The notes under the pieces are model-generated. The model worked only from the letters and a program-made list of their open reading frames with translations. It was not told where the DNA came from and did not search any database. A stretch of 64,000 bases of DNA from the human T2T-CHM13v2.0 reference genome, Homo sapiens, in the NCBI RefSeq assembly GCF_009914755.1, contig NC_060939.1, one strand, 5' to 3'. The position numbers and the translations under genes were made by a program. This document shows positions 14,460 to 26,761 of this stretch, piece after piece; position 1 is the first letter of the stretch, and every line of letters starts with the position of its first letter.

Positions 14460-14750
14460 GATGGATGGATGGATGGATGGATGGATGGATGGATGGATGG
14501 ATGGATGGGTAGGTGGATGGGTGGATGGGTAGGTGGGTAGGTGGATGGGTAGGTGGATGGGTGGATGGGTGGATGGGTGGATGGGTGGGTGGGTGGGTGG
14601 GTGGGTGGATGGGTGGATGGGTGGATGGGTGGGTGGGTAGCTGGGTGGTTGGATGGATGGGTGGGTGGATGGATGGGTGGGTGGATGGATGGGTGGGTGG
14701 ATGGATGGGTGGGTGGATGGATGGATGGGTGGGTGGGTGGATGGATGGAT
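14460..14750. repeat. compound (GGAT)n/(GGGT)n tetranucleotide repeat, followed by GATA-like units
   Basis: ~290 bp of ggat/gggt units read directly. Confidence 0.95.
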
Positions 14751-17700
14751 AAGTAGATAGACAGATAGATAAAATGATAAATATACATAAAATCTCAGGT
14801 AATTTTAAGAACAACCTTTAACATGGTTACTATTAATTTTCCCTCATTTTACATATGATGAAAATGAGGTTTAAAGATGCTAAGAAATATGCCCCAAATC
14901 ACAAAGCAAGTAAGATATTTCAAACAATAGCAAATAAATGCATCGTTACTTTTGCAAGACAGTGGGATAACAGTATCATCAAGTATCTATGGACTATTAT
15001 CCCTATAAATAAAACTTGAATCATTAATTCTCCTTCGAAACAAAACTAGAAATCTACTAACCTATCCCATGGCGTAGGATATTCAGTAACATATCTGGAA
15101 GGAAAATAAAGAAAAGGTCACTACAAGCAATAAAAACTCTAAATAATAGTAGCAGGAATCATAACAACAATGATGATAGCAAGAGGAATTAAGGGAAATA
15201 AAGAAGAGCCAGTATTTCCTTAAACATCTGCAAGTGACTTTGTGGAATCTCCTTGAGATTTTTCCAAAAAAGATAGGTAAATGTGAAATAGAGATACTCA
15301 ACTCCAATGAATGTTATCTAGAATACTTTAGTGAGATCTCACAGCCTACGCAAATGGCACAAGCTATGTTCTCTAATGTGTTTCTCAATTTTGGCAAGTA
15401 TATGGATGTCTTATGGATATGGTCATCAAAAAGTCATTGTTAATATGACACTAGAATCCTGTGACTACAACAACTCTAGCAACAAATTTTCTTCAGAATA
15501 ATATCTCTGACTGGTTTATGGCAAGTGATTGGTTTATGACTGCTAAGTCCATCCTGATATGAGCTTAGAAGATGTTTTCCATATTGGTCTTGAAGAAACT
15601 TATACTTTCATCAGCAGGGGCCAGGACCTGAAGCTCCTCCAAGATTTTCCCAGTATCACCAGATTCCTAGGTCTATGACTCAGTTACAACATGTTCAATA
15701 AATATTGACTACGTGCACATGATTTTCCTATTGCTGTGCTCTCTGCAATGAGGAATGGCAATAAATGAAAACACAGTCCCCATCTGGAAGGAAATGAAAT
15801 ATCATGGATTTGGAGCCATGTGTTAATTATTGCTAACCTTCTCTGGAGTCCCTAGGTTAAGAGGACACTCCAAAGCCTCACAGTGCCCTGGAGCTATCAT
15901 AGATAGTAACTACGATTCTCAAGTATCTTTTAGGCCCCAGTGCTCCGACCCCAATCGCACAATCCATTTGTATTGGCTCCCATTCCAGTAGGTGCAAAGC
16001 TACCTCATTCAAGTTCTTCCCTGCAGATTTCTCCTTTCAAGATGGTTGATTTATCCAGAAGTACAATCTAGCTTTTTCTAGTAAACTATAGGGCAAATAG
16101 TATTGTCGCACACTTCTGAGTTGGAAGTGATAAAACCGGAAAGATACAACAGAATAATTGAACGCCTCTTCTTGTATCCCAGCACCACCGGGTCTTCCTC
16201 AGCCTATTCCTGGACAGTTTAAACCTCAAGCAAAGGCTTTCTGTGCTCTGACACTCCAGGCTCACTTCTCCTCACGACCTTTAACTTGCTGCTCCCCTGT
16301 GCCTGGGGTGCTCCCCCAAAAAACGGCTGTGGCATTCCTTTCCGCACTGCATTCAGATGGCTGCTTAAATACCACCTTTTCAGAAATGCTCCCCTTGGCC
16401 ACCCTACCTAAAAGATTAAAATCTCACTATCATCCTGACTCCTCTATCTTATTTTTTATCATTTTTAACCCCTTGAAAAAACGTATTTCTCTATTTTCTG
16501 TCTCCTCCCAGGTTACACTTGAATGTAACCTCCCTGGCAAGGGGAACTTTGTTTTCTGCAACTGCCCAGTTTCCCAGACCTAGGAAGCACTTCATTGACA
16601 TATTTCGAGTTAAAACAAAAAAAGAAAACAATGGGTAAGACAGACTTATTTGCTTTTGAGTGCAGAGATCAATTGTCTGAGCAGGGAGGCAAACTTATCT
16701 TTAAAAGCTGGCTCTACCTACTAGATTATTCAGGTGGTGTTTTCTTTTTGCCCTGGCATCTTGTACCTTGCTTCTCACTTCCAGGACATATTTAGCCCAG
16801 AGCCTCAGGAAGGATTTGGAGAGGGCTTATTACAGGCTAAGATTTAGACCTATGCACATACCCAGACTCAAGATCAGACTTGCGTTAAAACCACAGACAC
16901 AGAGCAGCCATTGACTCTACCACAATCAAAGTTTGATCATAACATAGAAATGGGAGATTAACTAAGAGGAAGCCAATTAGCCAGGACACTCAACCTCTTG
17001 GACCACAGCTGATTTTGAAAGTTAAATGTTTGATGGAATCTTGCTTCCTCATTCTCAATGACCTAAAGCAGAGGTACAGGGAGGTGAAATGGTTTGCCCA
17101 ACATCCCACAGTGTATCAGCAAAAGCGATGGGCTTGGAAACCACCAGGTTTCCATTTCCTGTCTATGACCACACTAAGAGTGAGAATCCTCAAGAGGCAT
17201 GCAGAGTAAGCTCAAGCACTGATGGTAAGGTAGGAGGAAGGAATCACACACACAAACTCACACTTTCTCTCATTCTCTCTCTCACACACACACCCCACAT
17301 ACTACTGATAAATGTGGGCTTCATTAAGTTGCCCTTCCCAAGTTGTCTATAAAATTGCATAAATATCAAATCTTTTCCTTGAAAATTTCCTGGATGAATG
17401 TGTTCTTTCCTCTATAAACTTGCTGAAGGCTTAGCTATTTCTCTAATCTTTGAGTATATCATTTCAGTTCTTGCCAGCATGAAACTATCTCGAGGGAGCA
17501 CTGAAAGGAGCTAAGTCTCTTGCATTTCAACTTTCCACAATCCAAAGTCAACCCAGATTATTACAAGTTTTCTCACATCCTTCACTTCCCCCAGAGAGAA
17601 CTATCTTTTGAGGAACCTATTTCATCTATGACAAATAAATGATCTGAAGTTTTATAACGCCCCTCAAAGAGCAAGTTTAGGCTTTGAGCACTTCAACAAT

Positions 17701-18007
17701 CAGAAGAATAAAACAACCTAACAAGAGATGCAAAAGACCTGGAAACAAGTGGCAAAGGCAGATTAATAATATAATTTCTACCATCTTATTTCTTTTTGTC
17801 CTTTCTCTCACTACCTGGTTAATCTCTTATTAATAGTTCTCCATCAAATATCTCCCCTCGCCCTTTCAATATCTTCAAACTCCAATCTGATGCACAAAGC
17901 TAACAGTATAATCCTTCAGCTGATATTGGTGGACCCTTTACATCCAGTTATAATCAGTACTCCTCACCGTGATAGTTAAGGATCCTCACAGTCTGGGCCC
18001 ACTCTAT

Positions 18008-18211
18008 TGTGGTGGTCCCTAAGAGGAAGGGGAGGTGCATTGTGCCTGCATCCAGGGTACATTTTTGTCATGACTCCAGGTATGCTAGTGGTATTGGCAG
18101 TATCTAATAAATAAAGAGCAGAGATGCTGCTAAATATCCTACAATGCATGAGACAGCCCCCTGCCACAAAGAATTGACCAGTCTCAGTACTGCTGAGGCT
18201 AAGGAATCCTG
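18008..18211 (+). mobile_element. MER20 (hAT-Charlie) relic
   Basis: gatgctgctaaatatcctacaatgcatgagacagccccctgccacaaagaattg...gctgaggctaaggaatcctg matches the MER20 3' half. Confidence 0.75.
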
Positions 18212-19529
18212 TTCTGCAGGCTTTGCTCCACTCCTTTGTGGTTGTGTAGTTTTGTTTTGTTTTTTCGATTGACTCTTTAATAGATGATTTGCAATCCCCT
18301 ATACCTAGACATTGTTTATGAGTTCAAACCCTTGGACATCATCCTTGCCCCTCTTCTACCTGGAAGCCTTAGACCCTTTCTTTAGCTGGCAGACCCCTGC
18401 CTTTACTTTAAGGCCCATCTTCTCCTTGAAAGCTTCCTGGATGGATGTGCTCCTTGCTTTCTAAATTTACTGAGTGCTTTGCTAGTCCTCTCTTGTGACA
18501 TTTATCACCATTATCTGGAATTACGTACTACAGGCTCTAAGAAAGTAAAACTCTTGTTTGTTCAAGGTTATATGGCCAGTACCTTCGAAGAGTGGAATAT
18601 AGCAAGTGCTAACGAATACTTGTTGATCAAATGAGGATTTATCTGTGATGTAAACTCACAACTCTCCTATCAAAGTTCCCTGGAACTGGAAACATCTTTA
18701 GCTCTTCTCTGAATCATGTATCACTTCTTCCTAGAAGGTGCTTAATGAACAATGCTTATATGTCTAAATATTTAAATGAATACACATAGAGTATAATAGA
18801 AATATTAAATAAATATGTAAATACAAAAATACATATATTACATATTAAGTAAATACACAAATAAGGCTTGGCCTGTAGAAATTCAAGTCCTAGGCAACAG
18901 TTCACCCATCTCAATTTTCAATTACTTCTAAGAATCATGTCACAAGTATGTTTCAATGTCTGACAGTTCCTCATTTTTAAAAAGAACACCAAAATGAGCA
19001 TTTAAATGTTAATTGCTCATCTGGAGAGCACATGAAACAGAAAACACGAAAAGACAGGATGTGTTGCTAGTTGTGCCTGAGTAGAAACTAATATACTGCC
19101 CTGAAACACTGACTTCAGCTTCTAGTGACACATCACAAACCTGTTGCAACACAAAGTGCAGGCTAAACATAACCAAATTATAATGACAATATTTAAGAAT
19201 AGAGAGAATTGACTGGGAGACAACAGTAAACTTGGGGCCCTAGTGGAAATTCAACTTTACAGCTAATTTTTATCTAATGTGCTGCAGTTTGTCAAAATTT
19301 TCTTGTAGCCCGTATTCAGTGAAGATGGAGAAGAGCCCCAATTCTGGGGAATAAGTCTATATATTTTTGTATAGCAATTCATAGTCCCTCATCTTTTTTG
19401 CCAGACACACTGATTCCTTCATTTTTATCTTTTATCATAGGTGTTGTTTTCTGCTTTATAGTCATCCTTCCATATAATTCCTAATATTTTCACAAATTGC
19501 ATACATAGAGAAACAAACAGCATTTTAAT

Positions 19530-19685
19530 TAGCACTCACCTTGCTAAGCCCGTTACATGCATTATCTCATTTAATTCTTAAGAGAGCCCTAAAACACAGG
19601 TATGATTATTATTCCGTGTTCACATTAGGAAATTGAGGCTTGGAAAATTTAAGGAACTTGCCCCATGTCACACAGCTTAAATGAC
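19530..19685 (-). mobile_element. MIR SINE relic
   Basis: acatgcattatctcatttaattct...ggaaattgaggcttggaaaatttaaggaacttgccccatgtcacacagct. Confidence 0.7.
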
Positions 19686-19739
19686 TCAGAGGTTTTGTAT
19701 GCTGCGAGCGGCTTCTGTGACAGTTTTTAAATGTCTTTG

Positions 19740-20170
19740 AATTCATCAAGCTTCTAGTAATTATTTATTGGGCACCAGTAAAGACTCAGGCTTTGTGATG
19801 GCTTTGGAGAGAAAGTGGAAAGCAATAAGGCATGTGGTCTTTCCTCTCAGGAAGCTGACAGCTACTGGACAAGGTAGATGTTAATCAAATTCTCATAATG
19901 ACCCTAAATGTACAAACTGTTTCTTGATGCACAAGAAACAGAGGCTCTGAAAATATGTAATCGAAGAACCTAGCTATAACTTTGAAGTTAGGAAAGGCTT
20001 GGAGTGGTTAGGAATTAATGATTAATGCAGAATTCAGAGGCACAGAAGATGGGAAACATCTCAGAAAGAATGAGCAGCACCTGCAGAGGCCACGGCAGGC
20101 AGGAGTGTGGCACAGTCAACAAACACAGAGGGACCTCGAGAGGGAGTGCAGGATGAGGGCAGGTGGGGCC
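19740..20170 (-). mobile_element. L2 LINE relic (host of nested insertions; continues in fragments to ~21740)
   Basis: aattatttattgggcacc...ctttcctctcaggaagctgacag...aggaaaggctt...gagcagcacctgcagaggcc resembles the antisense L2 3' end. Confidence 0.55.
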
Positions 20171-20171
20171 A

Positions 20172-20620
20172 GATTGAGTTGGGTTCCCTAGACACAGACT
20201 CTGAGACAAGGACTGGGTTCAAGTATAGTTTAATTAGCAGATGATTTCAGAGAGCTCAGTGAGGGAGGAGGAAAGTGAGAAAAGACAGGAGGACAGCAAC
20301 AGTGGATTTCCACCTGAGCAACTGGGCCTCAGTCCCGCTAGGACTTCTGAGATCCCATGTAAAACATACTTCAGAGTTGTCTCACTGAGGGACAAGAAAG
20401 GTGGGCCACTCATCCCCAAGCCCCAGGCTCAGGGGTGCTCCTGGAGACCCCAGTGTGCCTCCTGGGAGAGAGCATGCCAGGGCAGGAGCTCTCTGCATGT
20501 GGGGGAACTGCCACACATGTCGTGAGGCTGGAGCATGGTCAGCCTGTGCTACAGGACTTAGGCAACTCCACCCTAAGAGTGATGGGGAGCTATGCAGCAA
20601 CCTCACCTGGGGCGAGGCTG
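20172..20620 (-). mobile_element. ERVL LTR, LTR33-like
   Basis: gagttgggttccctagacacagactctgagacaaggactgggttcaagtatagtttaatt is the typical antisense end of LTR33/LTR16-group elements; right boundary uncertain. Confidence 0.55.
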
Positions 20621-20718
20621 TATCCTGATCAGATTTAGGTTTGGAACATTGCAATGTGGACAGCAGATTGGAGGGAGGGAAGGGCGGATGTCAAGAGGCA
20701 GCTAGAAGTTACCAGAGG

Positions 20719-21587
20719 CAGGACCAACTGCATAACATGTAAAGACCAGTGCAAAGCAAAATGAAAGGACCCTTGCTCACAAAGAAGGATAAAAGTGCGT
20801 TTAAAGGTAGGAAAACATTAAGTTTATTCCTTTCTCCTGTGCTAATGGGTCCTGTGGTTTTTAAATTGCTACTGAGTATTACGCTCTCTTGGGCACAGGG
20901 ATACTCCTGGGGTGAGTGCAGATTCTCACTGGCACTCAGGAGGGAGTACCACCCTGTGACAAAGCCCAACTGCTCCAGGGTCAGCCACCAGCTTGAAATT
21001 CCCTGCCCCAGCTGGAAGTGGGGAAGTTGAGCCAGGTGTCTGCCCTTCCCATGGGCCTGCCACCCCAACCCACAGGAGAGGGGAACTCACAAAGAATTGT
21101 AACCTCCACATTAGGAAGTAAATCTGGGATGTGCAAGAAGCACACCCCTGCTGAGTCATGTGCTAAATGTGCCATGGCATTGCCAGTCCCTGGCAGGGAT
21201 GGTCATCACCATTTTCAGCCCCAAGAACCCACACCCAACCCCAACCCTCCTCACACCTGTGGCCAGGTACCTGTTAGAGGCAGGAGGCGGCAGCAGCCAT
21301 GGAGGTGGGCAAGAGGAGACCAGATGTAGCCTGGGGCACCAGGAACCAGGGAGTGGGTAGCCAAGAACCCTCAAGGGAAGCAGAGAGGCAGCAGGAGATG
21401 GAACAGTGTATGAGCCAAGGCACATGGTCCCATCACTCTCCTCTTACAAAATGTAAGTTCAGAGATAAAATTGGCATTAAGCAGTGCAAGACAGCTCATG
21501 CAGAGCATAAAATCCCAAGTTGAGGGTCCTTTGGAGTAAGGGTCCCTGTATGACTGCACTGGTCACATGCTTATCACGTTGGTCATG
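20719..21587 (-). mobile_element. MER45-family (hAT-Tip100) non-autonomous DNA transposon
   Basis: TIRs caggaccaac.../...gttggtcatg (9/10); ends match MER45 (cagtgcaaagcaaaatgaaaggacccttg; gggtccctgtatgactgcactggtcacatgc). Confidence 0.7.
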
Positions 21588-21743
21588 GGTCCAGGACAGA
21601 AAGGACAGTAACTTGGTCTAGCGTCTAAGATATGAAGAAATAAGCCAACCTGAAAAATGTTTGGGAGCTAAAATGACTTCAAATCATGGATTTCATATGA
21701 ATGGGTATGATGGAGCCAAGATGGGGAAATACAGGAGGATGCC

Positions 21744-22214
21744 TGTGTGTCCATGGAGGCATGCTACCAGATGTCCCTTCAAGAAAGAGCTTGCTATTTG
21801 GCTGCAGGAAGTGCAGTTAGCTGATAAGCTCCAGCCATTAGCACCTTCAGGATTTGCTTCAGCTTTTTTGCTCAAGCTACACTTTCCCCAGGCAGCTGTT
21901 AGCCAATGACCGCACACAGCAGGGATATTAGCGCCCATTCCTTTCTACCTAAGGCAGGACTCCTGTAATCGTTTTCTCTGGAGCTCCCTTTTGGGTTTCC
22001 CTAGACTTTGTCAGATCTGCATTATAGTTTGAGACTCCCGATTCTTAGTCCTACTTCCTCCCCCTTTTCCTTCCACAGGTATGATATTCGCATGGGTCTC
22101 TGAAGACATCCCCTGCTCAATCCTGTGTTCTTCCCCTTTCATAGGCATTATCCCTCCACTCCATAAACCTCTAGCTCCATCTCAGCATTTTCTTCCCAGG
22201 GAATCCAGCTGACA
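21744..22214 (+). mobile_element. LTR16A-like ERVL solo LTR
   Basis: tgtgtgtccatggaggcatgctaccagatgtcccttcaagaaagagcttgct start; cataaacct...ctccatctcagcattttcttcccagggaatccagctgaca end. Confidence 0.7.
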
Positions 22215-23756
22215 CAGTGTCAAAGACATGTCCGAGTTATCTGTTTGGTGCATCTGCATGGACTGATCGGGGATACTAAGAAACAGCAGGTTTATTGTGC
22301 CTCAGTTATATCACCTAGCACCTTTGCAAAGCACTATGCTTGCTTCATTGGAGAATGTAGACTAAGATCACTGTTCCTCAAGAAGGCTATCATCTAGATG
22401 GGAAGACAAGGCTCAAGACAAATGAGCAGATGGCTTTTCCAAAGACCTGAAGAGAATTCTTTGCAAGAGATAAAAACCTCCAGATGTTTAGGCAGACCAC
22501 ACCTCAAAGATGACACAGCAAGTTTTCTCTGCCAACCTAGATATAACTTCTAGATTGTATGTGTGTGTATGTGTGTGTGTGTATCTGATGAATTTGTATA
22601 ACTTCTCAACTCTGTGAAAGGTTAGTATTTCATAAGCCACCAAGAAACCTACCTTGACTTCCAGAAGAGTCTAAAACAGCCTCCAACATTATGTCCAAGA
22701 GGTTGCTAAATCTGTATTTTCAACAGGTCCCCAGAGAGTGGGTATGAACTGGGCTTTGGTGTGGGCCTGCAAAACAGGCCTAGCTATCCTCCCTAAAGGC
22801 CCAAATGCCCTGCTCCACCAAGCCTGGCTGGGCTAATTTGGAAAGTTACTCACGAGGACTTGCCTGTTTGATCCAAGGATGACATCAAAGGATTGATGCT
22901 CCATCTGTCAGCTCTCACTTTTATCTATTTGCTCTTTATTTAAAGCAACCATTTATAAACAGAGGCTTATGGAATTAATAAACTCCAAAAAAGATGATCA
23001 TTCACTATATCTCTGCCAGGTGTTACAATAGAACAAAGAGAAGTGTTGAATCAAATGCCAAGCTTCGTAATACTTAATTCGGAAAGCAGAGTTTTCCCAG
23101 AATGACCCCCACTTTGGACAGAACCCCTACTGCACACTCATCCTATCTTTGGCAATTCAGCAACAATGTATTTTCCATCTTGTGGAGAGCCAGAATGCTG
23201 TTGGAGCAGTGGGATGTGCACTCAGCCTTTCTGCACATGGGGACCTGATCCAACCATCCGCACGTGACCACATGTTCTCTGAGGAGCTATTGTGCATTGG
23301 CATTGAAACATTTCAAACATTTCAGATCATGGGCGCTTCTTGGCAATGGTCCTTAGTAGTCTAAATAGGCAGATTAAAGAACTAGATAGCAGCCAATTGC
23401 CTTGCAGGTTTTGTATAAACTATTCATAACAAAAGTGTTGGAGGGAAGAAATTTTCTTTACTTCTCTCCCAGGTGAATTGAGGGAGGACCAGGGAGAAGC
23501 AAAGCTGCCTGTCCCTGGGTCTTCACTCTCACCTGTGTTTCCATCTGACCGATGAAGGCAAGCAGAGCAGACATGAAGGAGGGGTACATGCGGTGGATGG
23601 GTCCGCGCCTAGAGAAATCTCAACCACAGGTGGACTAAAACGGACATATCAGAAGGCTATGAACCATGATCACACACGGAATTCTAGAGAATCTAAGTCT
23701 ATAGGATTGTATCTTTTATTCTTTCTTTCTTTTTGGCATGGGATTGGGGTGTGCAT

Positions 23757-24960
23757 TTATTTTATTTTTTATTTTATTTATACTTTTTATTTTTCCATAA
23801 GTTATTGGGGTACAGGTGATATTTGGTTACATAAGTTCTTTAGTGGTGATTTGCAATATTTTGGTGGACCCATCACCTGAGCAGTATACACAGCACCCTA
23901 GTTGAAGTCTTTTATCCCTTGCCCCCTCCTATCCCTTTCCCCAAATCCCCAAAGTCCATTGTATCATTCCTATGCCCTTGCGTCCTCATAGCTTAGCTCC
24001 CATATATCAGTGAGAACATACGATGTTTGGTTTTCCATTCCTGAGTTACTTCACTTAGAATAATAGTCTCCAGTCTCATCCAGGTCACTGCAAATGCTGT
24101 TGATTCATTCCTTTTTATGGCTATGTAGTATACCATCATATATATATATATATATATACACACCACAGTTTCTTTACTCATTGATTGATGGGTATTTGGA
24201 TGGTTCCACGATTTTGCAATCGTGAACTGCGCTGCTATAAACATGTGTGTGCAAGTTATCTTTTTCTAATAATGACTTATTTTCCTCTGGGTAGATACCC
24301 AGTAACTGGATTGCTGGATCAAATGGTAGTTCTACTTTTCATTCTTTAAGGAATCTCCACACCATTTTCCACAGTGGCTGTACTAGTTTACATTCCCACC
24401 AGCAGTGTAGAAGTGTTCCCTTATCACCACACCCACGCCAACATCTACTGTTTTTCAATTTTTTGATTATGGCCATTCTTGCAGGAGCAAAGTGATATCA
24501 CATTGTGGTTTTGATTTGCATTTCCCTGATCATTAGTGATGTTGAGCATTTTTTGCATGTTTATTGGACGTTTGTATATCTTCTTTTGAGAATTGTCTAT
24601 TTATGTCCTTAGCCCACTTTTTGATAGGATTTTTTCACTGATTTGTGTTTGTTGTGGATTCTGAATATTAGTCCTTTGTCAGATGTATAGATTGTGAAGA
24701 TTTTCTCCCACTCTGTAGGTTGTCTGTTTACTCTGCTGACTGTTCTTTTTGCTGCACAAAAGCTCTTAGTTCAGTTAGGTCCTAGTTATTTATCTTTGTT
24801 TTTATTGCATTTGCTTTTGGGTTCTTGGTCATGAAATACTTATCTAAGTCAATGTCTAGAAGGGTTTTTCCAATGTTATCTTCTAGAATTTTTATAGTTT
24901 CAAGTCTTAGGTTTAAGTCCTTAATCCATCTTGAGTTGATTTTTCTATAAGGTAAGAAAT
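23757..24960 (-). mobile_element. 5'-truncated L1PB1-like LINE-1 (3' ~1.2 kb)
   Basis: T-rich tail then ttccataagttattggggtacaggtg...cccatcacctgagcagtataca (L1PB 3' UTR); ORF2 C-terminal remnant at 23993-24244; degenerate TSD ggggtgtgcattt / gggttgtgtcattt. Confidence 0.85.
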
Positions 24961-25865
24961 GGGTTGTGTCATTTTAAATCCCATTAGACTTTTTTCTCCA
25001 AGCTTAACAAAAGAAAACAGGCATGTGGATTCAAAGTCTCTGCCTTGCTGTTCCTACCTTGCTGTGGTAGGTTAGTCTGATTCATGCAGGCACGACAGGC
25101 CCAATCAGATGCTGCATATACAAATTCTACAGCTGAAAGGGGACAGCCCTGAGAATTCCAAAAATTCTTTTGCTAGGTGACAGCAAGGGCAAATCATGCT
25201 GTACAAGTCCCCGTTCCTCCTCCACAGATCCTCTCCCAACACTAGGCCTACATTCATAAACTTAGCCCTTCTCCATGAGATACAAGCAGAAAAGAATAAA
25301 GTCATTTGCTAGACGATTCTAAAAGTCACCACAGCTATTCACAGGAAATCATCATGCCAAAAGGTGTAGGGAGACACTCATATGAGGGGAGGTGGAGAAT
25401 TGAGTGGGGAGATGGCATACTCAATAGCTCAGCTAAAAAACACCATCATGATCATCAACCCCAAGCCTTCCTTTTAGAGATGAATACATTGAACCCCAAA
25501 GATATGATGGGACCTGCCCAACATCAGTGGCAGGGCCCCTGCCAGGGCCTGGGTGTCCTAATCCCAGTCCTGCTGTTTCCATTCCTGCCACTGATGGGCC
25601 TGCCACAGCTGCTGATGGACCCTGACAGGAGACGTGGTGGGAATGGCTGCTTTAAGGACCACATCACAGAGTCCCTGGGCCCCTCTGTCCTTATTTTCAT
25701 CTCTCTCCATGACTAGAGTCAAATAATTCTTCTTTGGAAATCACTTTCTAATACCAAACTCAGGGGCTTCCTGGACAAAAAGCCAGCTCAGTGCACTATG
25801 GCAACACACAGCAGGAGAAGGGAAGAAAAAATTACCCGTTAAGACATGTAATGCCGAATCCAGAC

Positions 25866-26761
25866 CCAAGATGGCCGAATAGGAACAGCTCCGGTCTACA
25901 GCTCCCAGCGTGAGCGACGCAGAAGACGGGTGATTTCTGCATTTCCATCTGAGGTACCGGGTTCATCTCACTAGGGAGTGCCAGACAGTGGATGCAGGCC
26001 AGTGGGTGCATGCACTGTGCACGAGCCGAAGCAGGGCGAGGCATTGCCTCACCTGGGAAGCGCAAGGGGTCAGGGAGTTCCCTTTCCGAGTCAAAGAAAG
26101 GGGTGACGGACGCACCTGGAAAATCGGGTCACTCCCACCCGAATATTGCGCTTTTCAGACCGACTTAAAAAACGGCGCACCACCAGACTATATCCCGCAC
26201 CTGGCTCGGAGGGTCCTACGCCCACGGAGTCTCGCTGATTGCTAGCACAGCAGTCTGAGATCAAACTGCAAGGCGACAGCGAGGCTGGGGGAGGGGCGCC
26301 CGCCATTGCCCAGGCTTGCTTAGGTAAACAAAGCAGCCGGGAAGCTCCAACTGGGTGGAGCCCACCACAGCTCAAGGAGGCCTGCCTGCCTCTGTAGGCT
26401 CCACCTCTGGGGGCAGGGCACAGACAAACAAAAAGACAGGAGTAACCTCTGCAGACTTAAATGTCACTGTCTGACAGCTTTGAAGAGAGCAGTGGTTCTC
26501 CCAGCACGCAGCTGGAGATGTGAGAACCAGCAGACTGCCTCCTCAAGTGGGTCCCTGACCCCTGACCCCCGAGCAGCCTAACTGGGAGGCACCCCCCAGC
26601 AGGGGCACACTGACACCTCACACGGCAGGGTATTCCAACAGACCTGCAGCTGAGGGTCCCGTCTGTTAGAAGGAAAACTAACAAACAGAAAGGACATCCA
26701 CACCAAAAACCCATCTGTACATCACCATCATCAAAGACCAAAAGTAGATAAAACCACAAAG
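25866..26761 (+). promoter_or_regulatory. L1 5' UTR: internal sense promoter with YY1 site and antisense promoter (ASP)
   Basis: ccaagatggccg YY1 motif at the start; CpG-rich first ~500 bp; promoter activity taken from established L1 biology, not shown here. Confidence 0.85.
26091..26306 (-). CDS. ORF0: L1 ORF0 (71 aa), intact reading frame
   Basis: MAGAPPPASLSPCSLISDCCASNQRDSVGVGPSEPGAGYSLVVRRFLSRSEKRNIRVGVTRFSRCVRHPFL*; ATG at 26306-26304; splice donors after nt 106 (ccag|gtgcgg) and nt 191 (ccag|gtgcgt). Confidence 0.85.
   Translation of the reverse strand: MAGAPPPASLSPCSLISDCCASNQRDSVGVGPSEPGAGYSLVVRRFLSRSEKRNIRVGVTRFSRCVRHPFL

Noticed and set aside
14369-14814. ORFs rich in HPPTHPSI or GWMGGWVD
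   Set aside because: Translations of the GGAT/GGGT microsatellite, not genes
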